A DNA stretch of 64,000 bases, from assembly GCA_010093605.1 (NCBI GenBank), contig MU004184.1, positions 1,932,801-1,996,800 of the forward strand. Reading direction: 5' to 3'. Both the position numbers and the translations under genes were made by a program. The notes under the pieces were generated by a model. It was not told the origin of the DNA, made no database searches, and saw only the letters and a program-made list of their open reading frames with translations. This stretch comes from Lophium mytilinum. Taxonomy: Eukaryota. This document shows, in pieces, positions 1 to 11,462 of the stretch (positions are counted from its first letter, which is position 1; the number at the start of each line of letters is the position of its first letter).

Positions 1-185
1 ATTCAGCAGGTGGTACTTGCTGTAAGCAAATGCATGGACATTCCCAACCCGCAAGCCGCAAACTCCCTCTAATGTTCGTCATAATCCATAACTCATGTTT
101 CAGAACCTCCACAACCTCCAGACTCCCCACCAGCAACTCCCAACCACCCCCTTTACTCCCCCTACCATCCCATTATGAATCAAAC

Positions 186-816
186 TCACGCCTCGGCAAG
201 CAAGCTCAAATAAATCCCCCACAACACCCCCACCAAACTCCCCGCCAGCACCCGCTTCTCAACAGGAATCCACATGAAACTGACCACCGAAAACAGCGGC
301 CACAGCTTGTACCCATCTAGCATAATCGGCCAGAACTTGTTCCGCACCTCTGCCGACGCGTTGTCCATCGCCGCGGCCCCGCTCGCGTTGATGTAGCCCA
401 TGAACGCGAGGAAGAGCACCGTGTTCACGGCCGCGCTGATGGTCTGGTCGAGGGCCAGCTTCTTCGCTACGTTGGCAAGGTTGATAGGCTGGGGCTTGTG
501 CGCTGGTGTATGCGGTTTCTCGGTAGCCTTTGGGGTTGGTGGTGCGGGAGGTTGGGTGGGGAAGGTGTCTTCGAGGTAGGCTTGCCAGAGGCAGTTGGGG
601 GGCGTGTTGAGGAGGGTGTAGAAGGCGAATTTGAGGATTGGGGTAGGGTTGAGGTGGAGGGTTTGCTGGAGGTTGGTTAGTAGGGGAACGAGGGGGTTTG
701 GAGGGGGGAGATGATCGTACATTGGCACGGTAGGCGGAGAGGGCTTGCGCGAGGATGTTAGAGGTTGCGCTGAGGATCGTTGCCTGTATAGTTTGAGAGA
801 ATAGCTGGGACGCCAT
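186..816 (-). CDS. Mpv17/PMP22 family membrane protein (1 intron, 720-666)
   Basis: Spliced product MASQLFSQTIQATILSATSNILAQ...KLALDQTISA...KLWPLFSVVSFMWIPVEKRVL carries the Mpv17/PMP22 'K..LDQ' and 'WP....F..IP...R' motifs; GTACGA donor, CTAAC branch, CAG acceptor. Confidence 0.85.
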
Positions 817-1106
817 GGTTGTTGATTTGGAGTAAAGCGATGTATAGAGATTCGGATGTGTGACTTTGGTCCAGGTTTTGTAGATAGACGCCGGGTCGGA
901 CCTCGGGGTTTCAGTTGAGGATGTTATTGTATCATCAGTGGTATAAGAGCCCAGCTCCAAATGGGGTGCCAGCCCCTGGTTTTATCAAGCAACGACGTGG
1001 CCCGATGTGTATCCAGTCGTGTTGATGATTACAACTCTGGAGGTGATGTCAGTAGACAGCTTTAGAAGAGGTCGCTAATTCCTTCCCTCAAACAAGAACG
1101 GCACTA

Positions 1107-1626
1107 GCATTTGTCGTATTCAAATGTGCGTTCAGCGCTTGGCGGTTTTCTCCTGCACACACCACTTGCGTGTTCGCGCGTGCGCTTTGCAATAAAGTTT
1201 AAGCTGTAGCGCTTAAAATCTCCTAGATAGTAGAAGCTAACTATAGGAGCTATACTCTTAAGTTTTAGCCCTTAAAAGTAAGAACTGGTTATAAAATCTA
1301 GGTACTCTACGTAATAGCTGCGTGCAGCCTGAGGGCAGCCATAAGTGCTGCCGAGTACTACCCCTGCAATTGCGCGCAAGGGTAAGACTTGGCAGAGAAC
1401 TTTAAAACTAAGGCGTAGGTGTAGGTATCTCTCTAGATTTATAGCACCTCTATCCCATAATATTTTAAGCTAGAACTTAAGATATATACTAAGTACTCTA
1501 TAGAGTGCCTCTAGTGAAAATTATAGGGCTGTATACTAAAGGTTGGGTGCTGGAATACTCTGCACGCAAGTGGTGTGCAAAAGAAAACCGCCAAGCGCTG
1601 AACGCACATTTGAATACGACAAATTC
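1107..1626. mobile_element. Non-autonomous fold-back / MITE-like element with long terminal inverted repeats, RIP-marked interior
   Basis: Perfect 43-bp inverted repeat 1109-1151 / 1582-1624 extending imperfectly to about 64 bp; TA at 1105-1106 and 1627-1628 (possible target-site duplication); TpA-rich interior; no credible ORF. Confidence 0.8.
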
Positions 1627-1930
1627 TATCTCGCTGACCACGCTGACCTCCTTGCCTTACCTCAGCGACTCTGCCGCACCTAATATAAAACACACCCTCC
1701 ATATAGCAGTATCTTTCCTCCACCGCACTGAGCGGAATTTGAGCTTTTCACAATTGGTGTAGAATATACGTCGTTAGAACTAGAGAAAGAGTCCTCGAAC
1801 TTCATTGCCCGTCTCAACCACGTACTACCAAACCACCCACTTCCAGTATTGCTTCCACCTACAGCAAGGGCATAGATAAAAGTAAAGAGCTAGCAAGATA
1901 CCAAACAAGATCAGACCTGTCCAATCAATC

Positions 1931-3320
1931 ATGAAAAACCTCACATTCAGGGCGTACCGCCAGCCTGCCAAAAGTATGTCTTTTTGCTCCGAATGTCATC
2001 CTACGTTCTACGTCTTTCTTTTGAGATAAGGAAGAAGTTATACACTACAAACGCTATTTGTGTGTTGAAGTGTAACATATGTATAGCTTAATTGAACCGT
2101 GTGCAAACAGGCAAGGACAAAGATCAGCCACAGCAAGATGGAGCCGCCGATCCCCAGCAGAGCTCCTATCTGAAGCGCCGAGAGCAAGTTCGGAAAGCAC
2201 AACGGTATGTCGGAAGCTCTAAGAGCGGTATGGTATATCATTCTAACCACTACCGTGACTCTCAGAACCCACCGTGAACGCAAGGAGGCATATATCAAAT
2301 CGCTGGAGAGCGAGGTGCTTCAGCTCCGCACCAACGAAACGAAGATTATGCAAGAAACGATGGGCCTCTATAAAGAGATCGGACGACTGCAAAAACTGCT
2401 AGCTCAAAACGGAATCGAAGCATCGCCCTCGCAATATGTCCAGACTGCGCTTTCAAGCTCTGGGGACGAAGTCCCAACCACAACAGTCCTCAGTGTTCGA
2501 CGAAACCGCAAATTGGATCAAATCCACGTGGGGGGAAGTGATTCCCAGACCGGAGCTGAAGACTTCTTCCTTTCCGGAGATAGTTCTAGCGCGCCAAACA
2601 GTCGCTGGAAAAACTTTTTCGGCAAAAAGCAGAGTCAAGCTTCTGACGGAGGAAGTTCCCAAGGTCAACGTGAGTACAGCATAGCATCTTCCAGCACGTA
2701 CTCATTAAATTCTATATGCTAAAACTATATTCGTAGCATCCAACCCAGCAACAAGTCCCAACGCCGGACTTGAAGAAGCACCAGTGGGCTCTATAGCCGT
2801 CGCTCAAATGGACCTCGCAAACGTCGGAATGGAGTTTGTCCTTACGTAAGTCCCCTTCGTTGCTGAAAATTGAAATCGTTCCTTCATCAATGAACGACTG
2901 CTGATACTCCGTAATAGACTAGAAAGCCCCTGTCTCCATCATACCCAGGGCAATCCAAAGGAACCGCATGCCCCATCAGGCCATGCTTTAACCGTATCCG
3001 CTCCCCTGCTCTTCCAAGCACCTTCAGCCTCCGCATTGCAACTCCCGTCATCGAGCTGGGAGGCGCCTCATCTAGGTCTAGAAAGGCTACTGGAGCTCTC
3101 TTCGAACATAGAATTGGGTGACGACGAGATGACGCCTGTGCAGGCATGGAATTACGTCCGTAATCATGACGCTTTTGCGCAGATAGACGTGCAATTATTG
3201 AGGAAGTTGACGCAAGATCTACTGGGGGCAGTTAAATGTTATGGGTTTGGTGCAACTATCGAGCAAACTACGTTGGAGAATCTGGTATTCGACTCTTTCG
3301 TCGTCGGGAGGGTGTTTTGA
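1931..3320 (+). CDS. bZIP transcription factor (multi-exon)
   Basis: Spliced basic region/zipper LKRREQVRKAQRTHRERKEAYIKSLESEVLQLR; C-terminal 'TPVQAWNY...VKCYGFGA' block typical of fungal bZIPs; introns start at about 1974, 2204, 2670, 2846. Confidence 0.85.
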
Positions 3321-3341
3321 CATTTTGGTGAGCGTACGTAT

Positions 3342-3670
3342 GAGCCACGGGTGAGACAAAACTCGTAGCAAACTGCCAGCATCGGCGTGGATTGTGGGAC
3401 AAATCAGGATTTATAGGCACACTCGTTCGCCATTGCCTGGAATACACCCATAGGACTTCAAGCTTGTAGGCGCGATGTCAAGATGCAAGCAGTGTAAATT
3501 AGACTGCCTCTTGATCAAGTTCATGCTTGATAGCTAAGCCACCCCTGACAGTAGCGTAAAGTGAGCAGAATGTGAGCCAAGCAGTAATGAATCCGTGTAC
3601 CTAGACATATGATATATAATGCTGTATTAGCGACAATTTGCAAAGCCTGAAAGCCTGAATATATGGCTCG
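3342..3670. repeat. Degenerate fold-back element, homologous to the dynamin intron element
   Basis: 3472-3563 aligns ungapped to 10146-10237 at 67/92 identity by hand, including exact ATTAGACTGCCTCTTGA; outer limits approximate (GAGCCA...TGGCTC). Confidence 0.7.
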
Positions 3671-3731
3671 ATCGATAAGACATTTGCAAGCGACCGCCGA
3701 CTCGCATATCACGAGCTCGCTGGTTCCCAGA

Positions 3732-5872
3732 CTAACCATCTTGGAGACCCACCCTCAGGTCTCTGACCTTCTCGAGCATCAGTCCATTCCCATAGTCTCT
3801 TTCCCTTGGCAGATCTGTCGCCCAAGTGACTACCGTACCGTTTCTGTCACAGCCTTGGGTCAAAGCCGCAAAATCCAGCATTGGAAACTCTGTAGTACGT
3901 GGCTTAGGCCATCTTGCAGCTACTAAATATGCGACTGCTGCGAGTAGAAGCGTGATACCACCCACGATACCATAAGCAATGACAGTCCATCTTCCAGGCA
4001 CCGAGCGGTGCGATCTCATGCAGTATGCACCGGTGACATGGTTCTCGTCCGGGAGACCGAGCTGTGTTTCGTTGGTTGATGTATCAAGGCCCTTCACTCG
4101 AATTGTTGGGGTGAATAGAAACAACGGAATGGCGAGGATGTTGCGAAGGGTGCTACGGCCCTGGCTTAAGTTGCTGGTGGAGTTGTCATTCCATGCGTAA
4201 AGCTCAGCAGCTACGTTCTGAATTACTGCGTAGCGTTCGGATGAGAGATCGCAACGTGTGAAGTTAGACACTGGAGAAGGTTTGTAGAACATCAAATCAT
4301 AGGCAATGAAGAGATCGGTGGGAGAGATGACTTGTGGTGATGGTGTACCAAGATCCTGGACATCTTGAATCACAAAGCTGGTTCGGGAGAAGGTAACGGT
4401 CGATGTTCTGCGCCATATTGACCATGAAGTTGCCCACGAATTCGCCTGCGTAGCAGAGCCCGACATCGATACTGGGTCGAGACAAGTACCATTTGCGGAG
4501 AGCCCTGACGCACACCACGCAAGACCTATTTAACATCAGTGCCTTTTGCTCCGGAAGTTGACTTTGGATCAAGTGAAGTACCTGAGACCAATTCATTCTC
4601 TTTCGACTTGGCATTACAAAGAGCCAATCCCTGTGAGCCGTTGAAATTACCTCCATAAGTTGAACAATCGGTTTTGCCGAAGGACAGATTCGACGGTGGA
4701 TCCCACATGTCGATTTGATACGCTGGAGCGTTGTATATTTTGAAGGAAGGCGCATCATCGGACCTAGTCGTGAAGGGCAATGGCCTTACAGTATTGTATG
4801 CCCCAGAGATGAGATAGGACGTGCAGGAGTTTGTAGCTCGACAAGATTCACTGATGGGGTCGACTCTATGTACTATAGTCGTATCACTAAGCAAGCCTTG
4901 GACCATAGGAATAGTCTGGAAGCTGGACTCGGTAGCATATATCTTAGCTAAGTTGGGGTCGTAGATACCGAGACCTGCAGTCACGTCCATGGCCTCGACT
5001 GGGAAGAACAAGTCCTTTTGGTTGACATCGGCTAGTCAAGGTTTTATCAGCAATGTTCAGTTTGCATCGAGGTAACAAGCGGCTTACCCATAAGTATAAC
5101 ACCAGGCCCGGGAATTAATCCGATGATAAAGAGCAATCTTCAACGAGACCTTGATTTAGTGTACGGTCATGCAATCCTCGTGCGACGCTTTCACTCACCG
5201 GAAGACGTTCAGGAGCCTTAAAATCGTACGCCGATCTGGCTCCATCCCTCTAGAAGCTAGAAGTATTCTTATCAAACCGAATGGTCCTGTAGAGGAGTGG
5301 ATTGACAAGAAGTTTAAGAGGCTGGGGCTGTCACGCTGGACTGCTCCAATCTTGTCTAAGTTCTCCTCCAATTGGCCCCAAGCGATGGAATCCGAAGCTT
5401 GATTGACGGCTAAGGCAAAAGTGATATCCCCGAGTTTCGACAAGACTGTTAAGAACCATGTCCCTACGGATGCAGATACTAGCCCGAGAAGAGTGCGTCG
5501 GGAGGTTGCTGACGCTGCGACTCCTAACGTGACCACGTAGACTATGACTGCAATGAACAAAAAGTTCCAGGACGTAACTCGACACAATATCGCTCTTTTG
5601 AAAGACGAAGGCTTGGTAGACAACGTTGGAAAAGATCCGGGGTGGCCGACCGCAGTGTTTGCCGCTGTTGAAGATGGCGGTATAGCCTGTGGCGTAGAGC
5701 TGTGCCGACTCGAGTGTGACCCAACAGTAGTCGAGTTGGCTATATTAGGTCTGGCAGTACTTTGCCGTGACACGCTAGCTGATTGAACGCTGGGTGGCGG
5801 ACTCTGGGACGGAGTGGTCGTGGGAAAGGTCAACGAATGAATCGTTGGAGCTGGGCTGCTAGGGGATGACAT
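3732..5872 (-). CDS. Hypothetical multi-pass membrane glycoprotein (multi-exon)
   Basis: Successive ORFs 5872-5195, 5011-4526 and 4466-3732 joined by GT-AG introns; S/T/P-rich N-terminus, hydrophobic helices, Cys-containing lumenal part, C-terminal TM helix. Confidence 0.7.
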
Positions 5873-6824
5873 CTTTCGAACCTATTGCATAGAGCCGGGC
5901 ACGGAGCTGGATACACTGATATTTGAACCTCGCTAATGGTAAAAGAAAAAGAAGGCGCGAAGAAATGCGTCCTAGAACAGTCCGTTGACAAGAGTAAAGA
6001 AGCTGGCAGCTTGTTCCTAGGATCGTCTACCCGCATGCGCGTACGAACAGTCCGGATATATGTGCGGCTCTAGAGACGCGTCTCCCTCTGCATCTGTAGT
6101 AACAGGGATTGCTCAGCTCGTACCTAGGCTGAGTTGATAGCCCGAACGCCTCGGTGAGCACTCGTGACTCCACAGCCAGGCTGCTTGTTGCGTCCAGACA
6201 TGGAGACTATGTTGATATTTGGGAGGAGGCAGACAGTGGCCTGGCCATAACCTTAGAGATTATTGCATTGAATCTCATCTTTGACACTGCATCCTCGTTA
6301 CACGGACCTGCAAAAGATGTCGGAACGCTGGCATTTGGGGGCCGCTAAATTGAAGTTGCTTTTCCGACGAATCCAAGAAATACATGGTTACACAGCGTCG
6401 AAAGGCTTGCATGAGTCGGCTAACCTGGTCAGTACGTCGAATCAAATGACAGTTGAACTCTAGGATCAAACACACTGCTAATTCTTGGAAAGGGGTTCAA
6501 CTGTGCAGGACCAGTAAGACGCCGATCCACTCCAACGTCCATGTCTCATTCCGTCCAAGTTTAGACTCTATGGGACCATCAGCCAGCCACGAAGGCCGAC
6601 CGGGCGTAGAAATGATTCTAATGGCAGAGCAATACGATGGTTGATGCCTAAATTATGATTCCGGGAAACCGCTGACCGGTGTCGAGAAGGACGCGGCTGA
6701 AAGTTAGTTATAATAAGTGAGTCGCGTCCAGTAAAGAGTAGAGCACTAAAGACACGAATTTTATACAGTTTCTTACTTGCTACGCATTCTCTGTGATCCG
6801 TGCCCAACGGGTCGCATCATCAAG

Positions 6825-7410
6825 ATGTTGCTTTCTGCTCTCTTCCTCTGCTTGACAGTACCCATCGTAGCAGCTTCGCGCGTACGCCAAGCGAAACATC
6901 ATGGACTGGTACAACGCCAGGGTTTGACTATCAACGATGTATGCGGGCTCTCTCCGGTCGACTGTGGTGGTGGATGGTGCTGTTACAGTGGCCAGAACTG
7001 CATCAAGACAGGAGGGGATCCACTTTGCGAGGATCTGCTTTTGACGGATGTGGGAGGGTAGGTATAGCAGTTTTTGAAGAGAAACTCGCACGACTCCTGC
7101 TCAGTTTCCTAGTGGTCCAATGACCGTATACGCCATTCAATGGAGCTCGCTCGTAAACGGATTGTCAGCATTGACATCGCTGGGAGTTACTTTGTCCACG
7201 TTTCCCACAACGCTCACGGCTGCGACTGCTCTGCCATCTTATTCGAACTCGGATACTTCTGTGGTCATACCCACTTGGACCGGCTATCCAGCTACGACGT
7301 CGACCACATCGACCTCAAAAGGACCTGCAGCAACAGTAATGCCGGATAAGAAGATTCTTGGGTGGGTACCAGCCGCAGTCGCTCTTGGTGTAGCCGCAGG
7401 TGCGATGTGA
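6825..7410 (+). CDS. Small secreted Cys-rich, S/T-rich, probably GPI-anchored protein (intron 7058-7112)
   Basis: Signal peptide MLLSALFLCLTVPIVAA, Cys module C-x5-C-GGGWCC-x4-C-x7-C, Thr/Ser tract, hydrophobic C-terminus. Confidence 0.75.
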
Positions 7411-8719
7411 TATAGAGAAGGCTGTGAATATGTCGCAGTATCAGGAATCATTGCGTAGCTGCCATATTTATGATGATCAAGGCCGCCTATATCTTTGACT
7501 CGAAGAAAGCGGACGCTGTTAATTAAGTCAATTTCACAAGGTAGCGTTCTTTGCAAGACTTTGACCGCTGTCTGACTTTGATGTGACTTTGCTAACTCGA
7601 CAGTTGCATGAACAAAAGTCGATGAAGTAGTAGCGCGCATCTGTTAAGCAGGTATGAGAATTCCGAAAAGGCTCGTCTTTGATTCAAATCGTACTCGAAG
7701 GCCGCCAAGCCTGTCACAGAGATCCCAGAGCGCGTGAAAGGATAATCGATGAATAGGAAAGGGGAAAGGGGGAGGATGCTAATGGACTTCGATTCGCTGA
7801 TTGATGGATATAGCCTTTGAACTGTCAGAGGTTGCGGTGTGATGATGAAGCTACAGGAATCTACTCTAGATTACACGGAGGGCATGTTTTGCCGAGACCT
7901 TTCGACCTCATCTCCTGAATGACCGGTTGCACACCGCATGCTCTACTTCGACAAGACGCCGCAACTAGGCACCACCCATCCGTAGACGCCCATACTGATC
8001 GATGCATCGCAGTTCCTTACTCATGGCGAAAGTAGCATTAATCAAGCAGTACAGAGAGGCTCAAGCGGCGCGGTAGGTGGCGAAGCAAAGGTTTGCTGAA
8101 CCGACGACCAATCGTTCCCGAAACTGTCTTGCAGCTCATGAAGATGTCGTCTTTCTCAGCGTCTATACCAGTTCTTTGGGCTCGAGTCGGTAGCCTCAGG
8201 AAAGGGCCAGGCAGCACTCCGAATCACACTTCCACTATCTAGGTGCACTGCCGCTCATATCCAAGTACGCCAAGGTCCACTCGTTGGTGTAGATCTAATC
8301 TTCCTGTAACGCTCGGTCTGCTGCGGAAAGGCTCAGAACTTCTGCGCCGTCAATGGTCTGTCAAACCACTGGGCTGAGCCCCCGCCGCATGATGATTGTT
8401 CCCTGGTTACCAGGCCTTTCAACATGCTATGGGTTTCTTGACATCAATAACATATAAAGGGCTCCTACAGTCTTGCAAATAGTACTCTAAGCTTCTTTGT
8501 CTACCTTTCTTACCAGAAAAAGCTAGGATTCTTTTCTTAAGTCTTGTCACTACCTACATCATCCTTTTGTGTCAAGATCTTTCCACAGCGAACGCGACGG
8601 CTGGATGATTTATTGTTCGTACGGTACCCCTCTCAACAACTACAAAACCTCCAGGAACCTCAAACTCAGGGTCTAATCACAACTGCGATAGGTCCCGATC
8701 AGACACCCCAGCTTATGAG

Positions 8720-11462
8720 ATGGTTGGCACAAGTTCACCCAAAAGTGTGGACCCGGGGGCGTTCTCCACGAAGTCCTTAGATACACTACAGAGCGATTCA
8801 CAGCGCAAACTTCTGGATGTAGTCGACAAGTTCAGGCGCGATGGCCTAGCCGATATTCTAAAGTTACCTCAGATCGTAGTCTGCGGAAATCAGTCTAGTG
8901 GAAAGAGCTCCGTACTGGAAGCGATCACGGAGATTCCGTTTCCGCGCAAAGAAAATCTCTGCACACGGTTTGCTACAGAGATAGTCCTTCGACGCGATGT
9001 CACGTCTTCGATATCGACAACGATCATCTCCGACAAGAATCGACCAGATGTCGAGAAAGAGACCTTGAGGAAGTTTGGCAGAGTGATTCATGACTTTTCC
9101 GAGCTGCCTGATCTTATGGATGAGGCGACACAGATGATGGGGATTGGAGAAATTGGTGGTCCAGACTCTCGCGCATTCTCTCGGGACGTTCTGAGAATCG
9201 AGATTTGTGGACCTGATAGGCCACAACTGTAAGTTTCAAGGGTGATTTTGCAGACCTCAGCGCTGACCGGCATATCTAGTACCTTGATAGATTTGCCTGG
9301 GCTCATACAATCGACAAACAAGTCTCAAACCAAGCAAGATGTCGAACTCATTCGAAATATGGTCCGAGAATACATATCTAATGAGCTCACTATCATTCTT
9401 GCGGTCGTTTCGGCAAAAGATGATTACGCAAACCAGGGCATCTTAGAGAGGTGTCGCGAAGTTGACAGCAACGGGAGTCGAACCCTTGGTATCATCACGA
9501 AGCCTGACTTCATTCGTGCAGGCTCGGACAACGAGAAGAACTGGTTCGAATTGGCTCAAAATCGGGACATTTATTTCAAACTCGGTTGGCACATGCTGAG
9601 GAACCGTGGCGATGGAGAATTGGACAGCTCGTTCGAGCAGCGCAATGCATCTGAGGAAGCATTCTTTGCTGAGGGTAATTACCGAGAGCTGCCTCGGGAC
9701 ATGATTGGAATCAGCTCGTTGAAGACGCGATTGAGCCAACTTCAGTACGATCACCTAAAGAAAGAACTTCCAGGCTTAAAGAAAGAGCTAGACGACAAGT
9801 TGAAGGATGTGACAGAGAACCTGGATCGTCTGGGGAGAAAGCGGACTACCGTCTCGGAACAGCGACTATTCCTGACGAGCATTAGTACCGCGGTTTACGA
9901 TCTTCTCAAGTCGGCTGTCACTGGAAACTATGCCGATCAGTTCTTCAGTGCCAATATGAATGCCGCCATTGACTCTCCCGAGAACATACGTCGCCTACGA
10001 GCAGGTACGTAAGCCCCCAATATAGATAAAAAGTTTCCCAGCAATATGTCTGTTTAAAAAACTACTCAGAGAGTATTCCAAGGCAACCACTGTCCACTGG
10101 CACGCCACTGCTTGGGGTACCCCCACAGGTGTCAAAGACTCGAGGGCGATGTCAAGGTTCAAGCACTGCAGATTAGACTGCCTCTTGACTAATTACTTGC
10201 TCAGCAGTCAGGCTACCCCCAGCAGTGGTGTTGAGTGGCTAAGTTGGACAGTGGTATCTTGAAAATCCCTGAAGGAGTGTCTTACGCAGCATAACCTATC
10301 ATTAGTATTGGTTTCCTTACTCTGATTTTGAAAGGTTTGCTAACTTTATTGCCACCTCAAGTTATACAGCATCTCAACATTCAATTCGCTGCTAAGATGC
10401 GTAAGGTTGGCAGCAAGTATCGCATTGGGTCTTCTCAACACGGCCATTCACATGTCAAGGATGCTAGTGATGACAGCGAACTTGAAGACGTTGAAGAGAG
10501 CCCAAGCAGAGAAGCTGAGGAGGACGATACGGCCACAGAGTCAATTTCCGAAGCTACATCTGTCAGCATCACAGCCCCGCCCCAGAAGAGCCTTAGTCGA
10601 CAAGCAGCAATTTCTTGGGTCCTTAAAGTCTTGCAACGATCTCGAGGCTCCGAGTTGCCCGGTAATTTCAACCCAATGCTTATTAGTCAGCTTTTCTGGG
10701 AGCAATCAGAACGTTGGGAGATGCTGGCCTTGGAGCATATTGAGCGAGTCGCTTGTGTTTGCGATAAATTCGTTCGATGCGTGTTGCAGCACGCCGCCGC
10801 TCCTGAAATCGTCACCCGACTCCTTGAGCTGCGAATCGAGGGAGCCCTCGAATCTTCTTTGAGAACAAGCAAAGAGGAGCTCCGGAAGATTATCGCTGAC
10901 AAGGCCGGCCATCCAATGACCTACAATCATTACTACACCACGACTATCCAAAAGATGCGCCAAGACAAGTATAGCAGGGCCTTGATGCGAATGACTGATG
11001 ATGCGAAGGTCACTGTTGACAAGAAGACTTGGGCAGCTGGGTCTGGCTATACTTCGCAAACGTACATTGATCCGCAGATACTGCGAAACAAGATCGACGG
11101 ATCTATCGAGCAAGACATGGACAAATTCTCCGCAGAGGAGGCGCTGGATAGCCAGATTGCTTACTATAAGGTATGGTTTGGCACCCATCGAACTCCATAA
11201 AGCAGTTAGCTAACTCCCACAGGACGAACTCAAGTACTTCATTGCAGCCATCACCAAACAGGTGATCGAGCGTCACCTAGTTTCCACTCTTCCGTTCAAC
11301 ATCCTATCTCCGTCCGTTGTCGTAGAGCTTTCGGATGACGACATCGAGTATGTCGCCGCAGAGCCCGCGGACACCACCCACCAACGAGCCCACTTTGAGA
11401 CTCGCAAAGCGCTGTTGGAGCAAGGGATCACGACGTTTCGGCGCGCGATTGGAGGGCGATAA
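8720..11462 (+). CDS. Dynamin-related GTPase, Mx-like fungal subfamily (introns 9229-9279, 10005-10361, 11171-11222)
   Basis: LPQIVVCGNQSSGKSSVLEA (G1), CTRFATE (G2), DLPG (G3), TKPD (G4); middle domain RRLRAVIQ and RG.ELPGNFNP; GED 'AYYK...QVIERHL'. Confidence 0.92.
10009..10320. repeat. Intronic long imperfect inverted repeat (fold-back element) in dynamin intron 2
   Basis: Nested complementary pairs GTAAG/CTTAC, CCAATA/TATTGG, ACCACTGTCCA/TGGACAGTGGT, CCACTGCT-GGGGTA/TACCCC-AGCAGTGG, GTCAAG/CTTGAC. Confidence 0.8.

Noticed and set aside
7860..8370. Minus-strand frame resembling a pseudogene
   Set aside because: About 8 stops in 165 codons equals random expectation; no recognisable domain
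10146..10237. Hairpin core as a group I intron or TPP riboswitch
   Set aside because: No P/Q/R/S elements and no TPP CUGAGA or ligand-binding motifs
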